The notes under the pieces: model-generated
What the model was told of the DNA's origin: nothing
Database searches by the model: none
What the model saw: the letters and a program-made list of their open reading frames with translations, nothing else
Shown: positions 28,549 to 37,724 of the stretch, in pieces
Layout of the letters: every line of letters begins with the position of its first letter
Numbering within the stretch: the first letter of the stretch is position 1
Program-made: the position numbers and the translations under genes
Assembly (NCBI GenBank): GCA_011364925.1
Contig: RDOA01000023.1
Span: forward strand, 1-50,005
Length of the DNA stretch: 50,005 bases
Origin: Promethearchaeota archaeon
GTDB lineage: Archaea > Asgardarchaeota > Lokiarchaeia > Sigyniarchaeales > SOKP01
Reading direction: 5' to 3'

Positions 28549-29607
28549 ATGGAGACTGTCCATAAAATTTTTTTTAAGAAATCTTCGCGAATGAATGAAA
28601 TCGAATCAGATTCAATTGATTTAATCGTAACCTCACCCCCTTATCCCATGATTGAAATGTGGGATTCATTATTCTCAAACTTAAACAAGAACATCCAAAC
28701 AGCCCTTCAAGAAAGTGGATTTAAAGCATATAACCTTATGCACGCGGAATTAGAAAAAGTTTGGTGTGAAGTCGTTAGAGTCGTTAAGCCCGGTGGAACT
28801 GTATGTATTAATATAGGAGACACTACGAGAACTATTAACGATAATTTCCAATTATTTCCTAATCATATCAAAATACTATCTTTCTTTCAGGATCGTGACT
28901 TTGTTGTTTTACCAAGCATCTTGTGGCGAAAACCCACAAATAGTCCTAACAAATTCTTAGGTTCAGGAATGTTGCCACCGAACGCATATGTTAGCCTTGA
29001 ACACGAATACATCTTAATTTTACGGAAAGGAAATGAGAAAAGGGAACTTCCTCCTGCGTTTAAGCCTAGGTACCAGAGTGCATATTTTTGGGAAGAAAGA
29101 AACAAATGGTTTTCGGATGTCTGGCTAGATCTCGCCGGGGTAACCCAAAAAATCAATGTTCAGAATGAAAATCGTAGCAAACTCAGAGAGAGGTCTGCTG
29201 CCTTTCCCTTAAACCTACCCTACAGGCTTATCAATATGTTTTCTATTTACGGGGATACGATATTAGATCCCTTTTGGGGAACAGGTACTACTACTATCGC
29301 AGCGATGTTATCTGGGAGAAACTCTATCGGTTATGAAATTAACTCAGAATTCTTAGATAATTTTAGAGTCGAACTCAAGTCTCTAAAAAACACCTCTCAG
29401 TCCATCAATAACAAACGGATTAACGAGCACATTGAATTCATAAACAATTATAAGAAGAAAGGGAAAACTCCTAAATATAATGCTAGCAATTATGGTTTTC
29501 CAGTTATAACTAAACAAGAGACTGAAATTCTTTTATATTCTATTCAAGATTACCGAGAAAAAGAAGCTAAATTTACTGTATCGTACAAAAAATTTGAAAT
29601 TGAATAG
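28549..29607 (+). CDS. Site-specific DNA methyltransferase, beta class (probably N4-cytosine)
   Basis: TSPPY precedes DPFWGTGTT. Confidence 0.9.
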   Translation: METVHKIFFKKSSRMNEIESDSIDLIVTSPPYPMIEMWDSLFSNLNKNIQTALQESGFKAYNLMHAELEKVWCEVVRVVKPGGTVCINIGDTTRTINDNFQLFPNHIKILSFFQDRDFVVLPSILWRKPTNSPNKFLGSGMLPPNAYVSLEHEYILILRKGNEKRELPPAFKPRYQSAYFWEERNKWFSDVWLDLAGVTQKINVQNENRSKLRERSAAFPLNLPYRLINMFSIYGDTILDPFWGTGTTTIAAMLSGRNSIGYEINSEFLDNFRVELKSLKNTSQSINNKRINEHIEFINNYKKKGKTPKYNASNYGFPVITKQETEILLYSIQDYREKEAKFTVSYKKFEIE

Positions 29608-29705
29608 AATAGCGAATTATATTAATTGATTAAATCCCGACTCTCACAGAGTTTTCATCAAATTTCTTCCTTATTGGTTTTTAAATTTGAATCATCAGTT
29701 CGGAT

Positions 29706-30572
29706 TTAATCGTTACAATCAACTGATTTTTGGTAACTTAATTTCAAAAACGCTTCCTCTTGTTTGTTTCGTTGTTCTGATTTTACTGATCTATTTACTT
29801 GGGACAAAAATTTTATAGCGTTATGTTTACCTTCTTTTATATTTTCAATTAGTTCCTCTTTACTTAAGGCTCCAGAGATGGTAAGTGCTGTCTGAAACGA
29901 TTGATCAGGCTCTAAAGTTTTAAATTCAATTTGTAAAGCAGACAAAATTTCTCCAGGTTCATGATGTAACGTATTTGATAGATTCAAGTTTTCATTATCA
30001 ATGTTGAAATCTTTAGTCAAACAGGTTTCGTAATATGTTGATCGAGATATGGGAGAAAATCCAGCGTATAAATTTGTATAATCGTATTGGTAAAGTATAT
30101 CGTTTTCAGCATCGTATCCAGATAAATCGTTATCAAATCCTTCTAATCCGTTAATATCGAAATCAAAAACAAAGTACATTGAGAAATCGTTCAAGTTATA
30201 ATCAGAAATGTTTTTTAATGTGAAGTAAGTATTGATGTAAGGAACTTTTGGAGGATTAAAAACATCAACGTACAATCGAATCAATGAGCTCTGGTTTTTA
30301 AAATTGATTGGTTGGAGTTTACGCTCGTCTATTAGAATTTTTAAATACTCGTTGATGTCGAAATCAAGCGTAACACGGTTAATCGTTGTTCCAGTTCTGC
30401 TGTTTACCATTTTGTATATAGGCGTTGGTTCTATATTTTTTAATAGTACGGGAATGGTTCCTAATGTTTTCCCTTTAAGCTTAAAACTGAACCAAGGTCC
30501 AGAATACTCGTGTTTAGTGAGGAATAAGAGATATCTACCCATATAAGTCACTTCTTTTATCGAAAAGCCCAT
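29706..30572 (-). CDS. Hypothetical protein (beta-sandwich-rich)
   Basis: 288-aa ORF filling the interval; no recognised motif. Confidence 0.6.
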   Translation of the reverse strand: MGFSIKEVTYMGRYLLFLTKHEYSGPWFSFKLKGKTLGTIPVLLKNIEPTPIYKMVNSRTGTTINRVTLDFDINEYLKILIDERKLQPINFKNQSSLIRLYVDVFNPPKVPYINTYFTLKNISDYNLNDFSMYFVFDFDINGLEGFDNDLSGYDAENDILYQYDYTNLYAGFSPISRSTYYETCLTKDFNIDNENLNLSNTLHHEPGEILSALQIEFKTLEPDQSFQTALTISGALSKEELIENIKEGKHNAIKFLSQVNRSVKSEQRNKQEEAFLKLSYQKSVDCND

Positions 30573-30740
30573 AAGATACCCGGATTGATTTCAAGCAGCC
30601 AAAACATCGTTGAATAAAACTCTTAATACTATTTTACAATAACCTCCATTAAATTTTTTTCAATTTTACTTAGCAATTATAATTGATGTAATACAAGTGT
30701 AAGAATAAGCTAGGAATTTAAAAAGTTTTTATTCCTTAAA

Positions 30741-31727
30741 TTACGCTTTTTCAATAAATCTATAGGCAATGTAAAGGAAAGCCTCGTTTACATTTTCTCC
30801 CGTTAACGCGGATGTTAAGATATAATGAAATCCTAACTGCTTAGCGACTACTTTTATCTGTTCTTCGTTAATTTCTAACTCTTTTGTCAGATCGGACTTG
30901 TTTCCAACAAGAACAATAGGAATATTTCTCGGAACGGAATCCAAAATTTCCTTATGCCACCGATTTACGCTTTCGAGATTATCTCCACGAGTTCTGTCTA
31001 TTACTATAAACGCAGCACTAGCGCCTTCGTAAAATCTATGCCTATATGGTGCCATGGTACTGATTTGCCCTCCTATATCCCACAAAACGAAACGAACTTC
31101 CGTATCCTCGTCTAAAACTACTGTCTTCTTCGAAATTTCAACCCCTATAGTGGAAATGTAACTCTCCCGGAATAGATTTTCGACAAACCTTTTGATAAGG
31201 GAAGTTTTTCCTACCTTAAAATCCCCAGTGAGAATGAGTTTTGCAGTGAAATTTCCTTTAGGTAGCTTGCCTTCTCTTCTCGTCGATAAGACTCTAATGA
31301 TTTCCGGTATCTCTGTTGAGACTTTATCCAAACCGTCAAGAACAAGCTCAACTTTTCCGGCGATATACTCAGAATAAATCCGTAACTCCAAGTCTGAAGT
31401 CGAAGGAACTGCTATCGTCGTTAAAATTGAACGCGGTCCCATCGAACAGTAAGCAAACTTTTTATCTTGCATCGAGGTAATGTTGAAAAAATTGCTCTGC
31501 GTTTGGAACTCACTCTTTATTCGATCGATGTAAATGTCCAAAAACGCTGATATCGCGCCCATAACTGAATCGGAGTCTTTACCTTCTTTCTCTTTGCTTT
31601 CTGATGCAATGATAAAACCGTCTCTATCGACTATTGCAACTGCTATCGCACCGTCCACATCAAACATATAGTTTGAAAGTAAAGCCTGAAGTAAATCAAT
31701 GTGAGGTAAACCTTCCATAGGATTCAA
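30741..31727 (-). CDS. Roadblock/LC7 domain fused to a Rab-like small GTPase
   Basis: AIVDRDGFIIAS roadblock motif; G1 GDFKVGKT, G2 STIG, G3 WDIGGQ, G4 NKSD, G5 TSA; no C-terminal Cys motif. Confidence 0.9.
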   Translation of the reverse strand: MNPMEGLPHIDLLQALLSNYMFDVDGAIAVAIVDRDGFIIASESKEKEGKDSDSVMGAISAFLDIYIDRIKSEFQTQSNFFNITSMQDKKFAYCSMGPRSILTTIAVPSTSDLELRIYSEYIAGKVELVLDGLDKVSTEIPEIIRVLSTRREGKLPKGNFTAKLILTGDFKVGKTSLIKRFVENLFRESYISTIGVEISKKTVVLDEDTEVRFVLWDIGGQISTMAPYRHRFYEGASAAFIVIDRTRGDNLESVNRWHKEILDSVPRNIPIVLVGNKSDLTKELEINEEQIKVVAKQLGFHYILTSALTGENVNEAFLYIAYRFIEKA

Positions 31728-31868
31728 CTTTGTTCCTATTTTTTTACAAATATTATATATTTCAAAAATATAAATATAGCTAAAAAGTAAGATCTAAGCG
31801 TTATATCACTTCTGGATATCTCCATAACACACACACATAAATTCCAAAGTAATTATCGATTTTATAAC

Positions 31869-32018
31869 ATGGAAGACGTCTTATCAAAACACGAGGAAAA
31901 CATCGCAAAAATTCTGGACCGAGTAGTGTCCTTCTGCAAACAAGCCAATCTTATAGATCTGGCTAAAAAAGGAGAAGATGTTCTAAAAAGCTACCAAAAC
32001 GCAAAAAAATTGCGATAA
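31869..32018 (+). CDS. Small helical protein, 49 aa (paralog 1)
   Basis: Manual translation MEDVLSKHEENIAKILDRVVSFCKQANLIDLAKKGEDVLKSYQNAKKLR; aligns without gaps to the neighbouring ORF. Confidence 0.7.
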   Translation: MEDVLSKHEENIAKILDRVVSFCKQANLIDLAKKGEDVLKSYQNAKKLR

Positions 32019-32146
32019 GTTGTAATCGATTGACCAGCAATTTGTATGAGAAATAAAACACTACACTAACCGTTCTAATTTAGTTATATAAATATTATAT
32101 CACCGTATTATTCTCTTTTTTATTCCAATCTTTTTTACTTTCATCT

Positions 32147-32311
32147 ATGATGGAAAATACACCTCTTAGAAAAGATGTATTAGAAGATAAACAAATAGAA
32201 GAAATTTTGTTCCGAGCTGTTAACCTATTTAAGAAAACGGGATTAACAGATCTGGCTGAAAAATGGGATAAAATTTTAAAAATGTACGTCGGGAAAAAGC
32301 AATTAACTTAA
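32147..32311 (+). CDS. Small helical protein, 54 aa (paralog 2)
   Basis: Manual translation MMENTPLRKDVLEDKQIEEILFRAVNLFKKTGLTDLAEKWDKILKMYVGKKQLT; 16/39 identities with paralog 1. Confidence 0.7.
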   Translation: MMENTPLRKDVLEDKQIEEILFRAVNLFKKTGLTDLAEKWDKILKMYVGKKQLT

Positions 32312-34209
32312 AGTCTCTTTTTCTGACTAAGATCGGGTAAAGTTTTCATTATGTGATTATTCATTTCTTCATTAATGAGATAAAGCTTATTTACAAGGTA
32401 ATCGATTTGATTTTGCTCTTGAAAAAGTTGATTCTTATTTTTTGGTTTGAAATAAATTATTTTCTTAACATTTTCTTTAATAAGTTTAGACAATTCTCTT
32501 TCATTTTGAGTTAAAGGCACTTTAATTGGAAGGGTTTTTAATTTTTCTATCAAGATTCTTGGAAATAACAATTTGTACGAGCCGAAAGTTTTTAAGAAGT
32601 AGTACGATAATAGTCGAGAGTTTAAGAGTCCCAAAATATAGAAATGGTTAAATTCTTCAATAGTTGATTTGTGAATCTTAACATTATATACAGACTGAGA
32701 ACTTAATGCTTTTTCTTCGTAGGCGGCACATATATGATTCTTTTGGCTTAATTGTCTTATGACTATTCGATTGAGATAATTGTTTAAGTCTTTATAGTTT
32801 ATTCCCTCCACATTCATTTTTATATACTTATATTCTTTAACGGAATATCTATTTAGCGAGTATATGAATAGTTCGTAAGTACCTTCGGAGTCCTCAGGAA
32901 GAGTATCAACTATAATTTTATCAATATTCTTAGAATTCAATCTTGCTCCACATTTAATACAAATCAAATTAGATTTCGGGAGTGGAAAGTATTTGTTACA
33001 GTGATTACAGAAAATTATTTTTCCGTCTTTTCCTAACTCAACTCCTCTATTTATGGAAATGCTAAATTTTGAATCATCCATTAGACTTTTTAATTTGGGA
33101 AATTTTGAATTAAGATGTTTTAAGATATTTCTATCCATTTGATTTAGATGAATTAAGTATTTGTAATCCCATTCTGGTATATCTTTTTGCAGTAGTAGAG
33201 TTTCCCCTCGATTATTTTCAAGAGTTCCTTTTATCAATATCTTATTGTTTAATCGTTTTTCTTCGATCACCTCCTTTTGAAGAACGATTATAACACTAGA
33301 AACAACTGGATCCTTAAATCCTGAGCCTACTAATACTATTTCTTTAATCATTGTGTTAGAAAAAATATATTTTCTTAACGATTTCCGATTTGAAAGCGCT
33401 AAAAGAGAATCTGGAACTATATATCCTAATTTCCTTTGTTTTTTCAAAATCTTAATACCAATTTCAATAAAAATTTGGTAGTAATCATATTGGCCCTTAT
33501 TTGTTATTAATGGGAGTTCTTCGATTAACTTCCTGCGTTCTGCTGGAATGGCGCGAATAAACAAATAGGGAGGATTTCCCACAACAAAATCGTATTTTTC
33601 ATTAATTTCGAATTTGAATGCATCTTCGTTGAAAATATTGAATAAAGGAATTGTATATGATTTATCGTGTTCAAAGATGATATTGAAATGATTAAGGAGT
33701 ATAAAGTAGATGTTGATTTGGCATAATACGCAGGCAATCGGATTTATATCGATTCCAAAAATGTTAGTTTTAATTTTCTCGATAATTTCTTTCGCTTTTT
33801 CACATGTTAGTTTTGAATGAGTGTTTAATTTATCTGATAAAACTTCTGCGGCTTTAACTAAAAAACTACCCGAACCACAGCTTAAATCAATTAATTTCTT
33901 ATCGTTGATATCATTCTGAGTTGTATAACCTACACTTTTTAGTATAGAATTCACAATCTTTACCGGTGTAAAGAATTCCCCCATAATTTTTCTTTGTGAA
34001 TGTGGTACAATTTTTTCGTATGTCTTAGCAAAATTATCCAGATCAAATTTATCTGCTAATTTTTTGTCTTCTGGCTCAAGATCAGAGATTTTTTCAACTA
34101 GTTCAATAAGAAAATCGTTAATTTCGTTATTTTCAGAATTTATTCCATAATGCTTCGTTAAATTCGAAATTATTGCCCTATCAATCAAAAACGATTTAAA
34201 TTTACTCAT
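32308..34209 (-). CDS. N6-adenine DNA methyltransferase, gamma class (Eco57I/TaqI-like) with Zn-ribbon insert in the target recognition domain
   Basis: GEFFTP, DLSCGSG, GIDIN and VGNPPY motifs; CNHC...CIKC; LGLLNS TaqI_C-like tail. Confidence 0.88.
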   Translation of the reverse strand: MSKFKSFLIDRAIISNLTKHYGINSENNEINDFLIELVEKISDLEPEDKKLADKFDLDNFAKTYEKIVPHSQRKIMGEFFTPVKIVNSILKSVGYTTQNDINDKKLIDLSCGSGSFLVKAAEVLSDKLNTHSKLTCEKAKEIIEKIKTNIFGIDINPIACVLCQINIYFILLNHFNIIFEHDKSYTIPLFNIFNEDAFKFEINEKYDFVVGNPPYLFIRAIPAERRKLIEELPLITNKGQYDYYQIFIEIGIKILKKQRKLGYIVPDSLLALSNRKSLRKYIFSNTMIKEIVLVGSGFKDPVVSSVIIVLQKEVIEEKRLNNKILIKGTLENNRGETLLLQKDIPEWDYKYLIHLNQMDRNILKHLNSKFPKLKSLMDDSKFSISINRGVELGKDGKIIFCNHCNKYFPLPKSNLICIKCGARLNSKNIDKIIVDTLPEDSEGTYELFIYSLNRYSVKEYKYIKMNVEGINYKDLNNYLNRIVIRQLSQKNHICAAYEEKALSSQSVYNVKIHKSTIEEFNHFYILGLLNSRLLSYYFLKTFGSYKLLFPRILIEKLKTLPIKVPLTQNERELSKLIKENVKKIIYFKPKNKNQLFQEQNQIDYLVNKLYLINEEMNNHIMKTLPDLSQKKRL

Positions 34210-34312
34210 AAATCGTAGCTTAAAATCCTCTCAATTATATTCCATATTAATTATTAATATTTTTATCTAACCAGAATAAAGTTTTATATTTAATTAAGAG
34301 TTCTTTAAGTTT

Positions 34313-34819
34313 ATGGAGATCAGTAAAAGAGAGCTTATTAGCTTTAAAGAGAGAAAATTCCCGGAGGATATTTGTTTTCGCCCAATCGGGATAGTACATT
34401 CTCCATTTGAAGGCTTAACGGGAATACCTATTCAACCAAGTATGTCAAATGCGAACGGAAAAATTGAAATCTTTAAACAATATCAAGACGCTTTAAAAAA
34501 CTTGGATGGGTTCTCTCACATCTTCTGTCTATTTTTTTTCGACATGGTAAAACTACCTGTTCCACTTCAATCGAAACCGTTCTTAAAAGACGAAATTATG
34601 GGAGTGTTTGCAATACGTACGCCCTTTAGACCAAATCCCATCGGTTTATCAGTATTAGAGCTTATAGAAGTTAGAGATAACCTTTTGTTTGTTAATAACC
34701 TTGATATTTTAGATAAAACACCCGTGATAGATATCAAACCTTACGTACCTCAGTTTGACAATCGAGAGTCTACCAAAATTGGATGGTTAGCAGGTAGTAT
34801 AAGGCATAAAATAAGTTAA
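34313..34819 (+). CDS. trmO: tRNA (N6-threonylcarbamoyladenosine37) methyltransferase TrmO/TsaA family
   Basis: PIG.VHSPF, GVFAIRTPFRPNPIGLS and TPVIDIKPY motifs. Confidence 0.9.
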   Translation: MEISKRELISFKERKFPEDICFRPIGIVHSPFEGLTGIPIQPSMSNANGKIEIFKQYQDALKNLDGFSHIFCLFFFDMVKLPVPLQSKPFLKDEIMGVFAIRTPFRPNPIGLSVLELIEVRDNLLFVNNLDILDKTPVIDIKPYVPQFDNRESTKIGWLAGSIRHKIS

Positions 34820-34958
34820 TCGACCAAATTGTCTATAAACTATTACATAAAACTTCTTATGCGGTGCTAGACCAATATATATTTATATCATTCTTTCTTC
34901 AATCAATTTTGACAAGAAAGAAAACGAAATTCATCAACTTTAGAATCCAATAATAGTA

Positions 34959-36059
34959 ATGATTGCAAGCATATTTGTCAGCATTTATGTTACATTCATA
35001 ATAGCTGGTTTAATTTATGTAATATTTAAAAGAGAGAAATATTTAATCGAGAAAGGATTTCTTATAATAATTCTAATATATTTCTTAAGCGAAATCACCT
35101 ACTTTACATTATTCAATTTATCAGCGGAGAATTTTTTTGAAATCCCTATTGCATTACTTCTATGGTATATTTCAATTATAGCAAGAATCATTTCAATAGG
35201 AATGTTTGCGGCAATACACAATCTTGAGTTAAACAAAGATAGTAGGGTGCGACTTTTTCCTGCGCTTCTTTATATCTTTCTGGGAGGTATTTTTCTGAGT
35301 TTCTTGTTTATGACAGATTCTTTTACAGTGATCTCGATAAGGAACGAGTATTATTATTTTTTTACCAATTATGGATTACTAATATCAATTAATCTATATT
35401 GCATAAGTATTGTCTTCATTACTTGGTTAATTCAAATTAAAGAGTATAATAATTATGCTGATAAGAAATTAGGTAGATATTATGATGTGTTTATCATATT
35501 TTTCAGCTTAAACATAATCTTTTACTGTCTATTTATTATTTCCCCGAATTTTTCATTTAAAATACTTCACTCCGTCTTTTATCTTTTAGGATTTGGCTAC
35601 TATGTTTATATTGTAATAAACAAGCCCAATTTATTCGCAGTTTTTACAAATAAAATTTACGATTTTATCATATTCCATAGATCAGGTATTCTACTTTATT
35701 CATATAACTTTCAAACAAGAGAAGAAATCGATGAAAGCCTTTTGAAAGGAAGTATTTTGATTGGAATTGGCCATATATTAGCTAATTTATCGAATCTAAA
35801 AGCTCAAGTAACTCACATAAAAATGGAGAAACTAGCAGTCGTTTTTAACTTCAACACTCAATTAGGTTATGTGATCTTACTAATAGCTAAACATAAGAAT
35901 AAAATTCTAGAAAATTCAATTGAATCTTTTGATAAAGAATTTTCTGTTCTTAACATGGACAGTTTAAAAAATTTAAGTGGATTAATAGATGTGTCGCAAT
36001 TTAAAAATGCTAAAGCGTTAATTCAACAGTATTTTCGTCACTTCATTACTGAGAAATAA
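34959..36059 (+). CDS. 7-TM membrane protein with C-terminal longin-like domain
   Basis: Seven hydrophobic segments, then IYDFIIFHRSGILLYSYNF...F..EF...DVSQF. Confidence 0.7.
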   Translation: MIASIFVSIYVTFIIAGLIYVIFKREKYLIEKGFLIIILIYFLSEITYFTLFNLSAENFFEIPIALLLWYISIIARIISIGMFAAIHNLELNKDSRVRLFPALLYIFLGGIFLSFLFMTDSFTVISIRNEYYYFFTNYGLLISINLYCISIVFITWLIQIKEYNNYADKKLGRYYDVFIIFFSLNIIFYCLFIISPNFSFKILHSVFYLLGFGYYVYIVINKPNLFAVFTNKIYDFIIFHRSGILLYSYNFQTREEIDESLLKGSILIGIGHILANLSNLKAQVTHIKMEKLAVVFNFNTQLGYVILLIAKHKNKILENSIESFDKEFSVLNMDSLKNLSGLIDVSQFKNAKALIQQYFRHFITEK

Positions 36060-36144
36060 TTAAAAACAAAAGTATCTTCTATTTAAAAGGAAAGGTAATA
36101 TTTGAACCCCAAATAATTGAGTATATTATAAAAATTATAGAAAC

Positions 36145-37308
36145 ATGAATTATACAGCAACCATATCAATTCTTTCTGGTTATTTTTTCATAGTTTCCTT
36201 AAGTTTAATAGTAACAACCCATGTTATTAGAAATCGAAAGAAATACGGAACTCCATTTATGGGTTTATTAATTGCGGCTGTAGCTTTTTTAATTGGATGT
36301 GTTCATGCGACTTTATACACCTTTTCTATAGTACTTTTCATATCAGAACAGATTAATGTATTCTTATGGAAATTATCAATGCTAGTATGGTTTGTAATAC
36401 TAGTAATTACTTCAAGCCTTTTCTCGTCCTTTAGAGAGTATAAAAAGGTAAAATTGTTTCCTTTTCTATTCTACACTCTATTTTTCGGCTCTTTAATTGG
36501 TGTATTGTTGATTCCTGATTCAATAACTTTAACTCTTACCATCTCTCATCCCTCGTCGATTACTTTCATTGATCCATTTATAATTAAGTATAGTTATAAT
36601 TTTGTAGCTGGAGTAATAACGATCCTTTTCCAAGTTTTAGTCATTTTTCATTTTCTTTATATAACGATTTTAATCAATGTTCGTTCAAAAAAAAAAGAAG
36701 AAACTTTACCGTTAATTATGAACGCAATAATTTTCTCAATTCCGATTATCTTGAATGTTCTTTATATACTATTCCATCAAACCCCCTTTCAACAATTCTT
36801 TATAAGGGATTTATTCATAATTATTCTCTGGATTTCATACCTCGGCGTTAGTATATTGATTTTTAAAAAGCCCGAAATATTTTACACTTTGCCTAATAGA
36901 ATTTATTCTATCAACATTTATCATAAATCAGGGATACTCTTATATTCTTATGAATTTGGACAACAACCTTCTTCTAAAACTGACTCCAAAATCTGGAGTA
37001 ATATTCTTATTGGCTTAAACCATATTCTCAGTGAGTTTCTGGATAAAAAAGACAAAATAAATGTTATTCAGACTAGAGACGCCGATGTAGTAGTTCAATA
37101 CGAGGAAGGTAGTGGATACGCTCTAATTGCGATTACAAGTAGAAAAAACAGCATCATCGAAGGACTTTTGAAGAATTTTTCACTGGAGTTTAAGCAAAAG
37201 TATAAAGATAATCTAAATGAAATTCTCGACATAAATAAGATCATAAATGTCTCGGAATTCAGCGACCTAAAGGAGTTAATTGAAAAAAACTTCGAGCTGT
37301 ATCTATAG
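36145..37308 (+). CDS. 7-TM membrane protein with C-terminal longin-like domain (tandem paralog)
   Basis: Seven hydrophobic segments, then IYSINIYHKSGILLYSYEF...F..EF...NVSEF. Confidence 0.7.
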   Translation: MNYTATISILSGYFFIVSLSLIVTTHVIRNRKKYGTPFMGLLIAAVAFLIGCVHATLYTFSIVLFISEQINVFLWKLSMLVWFVILVITSSLFSSFREYKKVKLFPFLFYTLFFGSLIGVLLIPDSITLTLTISHPSSITFIDPFIIKYSYNFVAGVITILFQVLVIFHFLYITILINVRSKKKEETLPLIMNAIIFSIPIILNVLYILFHQTPFQQFFIRDLFIIILWISYLGVSILIFKKPEIFYTLPNRIYSINIYHKSGILLYSYEFGQQPSSKTDSKIWSNILIGLNHILSEFLDKKDKINVIQTRDADVVVQYEEGSGYALIAITSRKNSIIEGLLKNFSLEFKQKYKDNLNEILDINKIINVSEFSDLKELIEKNFELYL

Positions 37309-37386
37309 TTTTCAATCTTTGTTAAAATTACTAAATCCTAGATATCTAAACATTTTTTAATGAGTGTCACCTTAGGATTTCATAAG

Positions 37387-37599
37387 ATGGAGCAAATTGA
37401 AATTCATGATGAGGAGTGGGAGAAGGATTGGAAGTGCATTGTAAATATTTTCAATACTATTGATCACCTCGAAAATTTGTTTACAAGTCTAGATGTGTCC
37501 TACTTAAGAGAAATCCAGCAAAAAGTATTGCTTTTAAACCTTGAAAAATATGCTTGGTCACTCCAAAATTATATCATTGAAAAATATTCTCGAGCATAG
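37387..37599 (+). CDS. Small hypothetical helical protein (~70 aa; ORF-track start 37360)
   Basis: Protein-like composition; followed by a T-rich tract. Confidence 0.6.
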   Translation: MEQIEIHDEEWEKDWKCIVNIFNTIDHLENLFTSLDVSYLREIQQKVLLLNLEKYAWSLQNYIIEKYSRA

Positions 37600-37724
37600 T
37601 TGAAAATCAATCGATTTCTCAATCGATTTTTTTTACTCTTCCTAGCGAACAGTTTAATCAATTTAAAATAGTACTAAAAATTTAATTTTCTATTATATTC
37701 TAATTTAGAAATTAGGTGATTATA

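Noticed and set aside
37603-37635. Duplicated CAATCGATTT followed by a T-run
   Set aside because: Only two short copies; more likely a terminator region than a CRISPR or repeat array.
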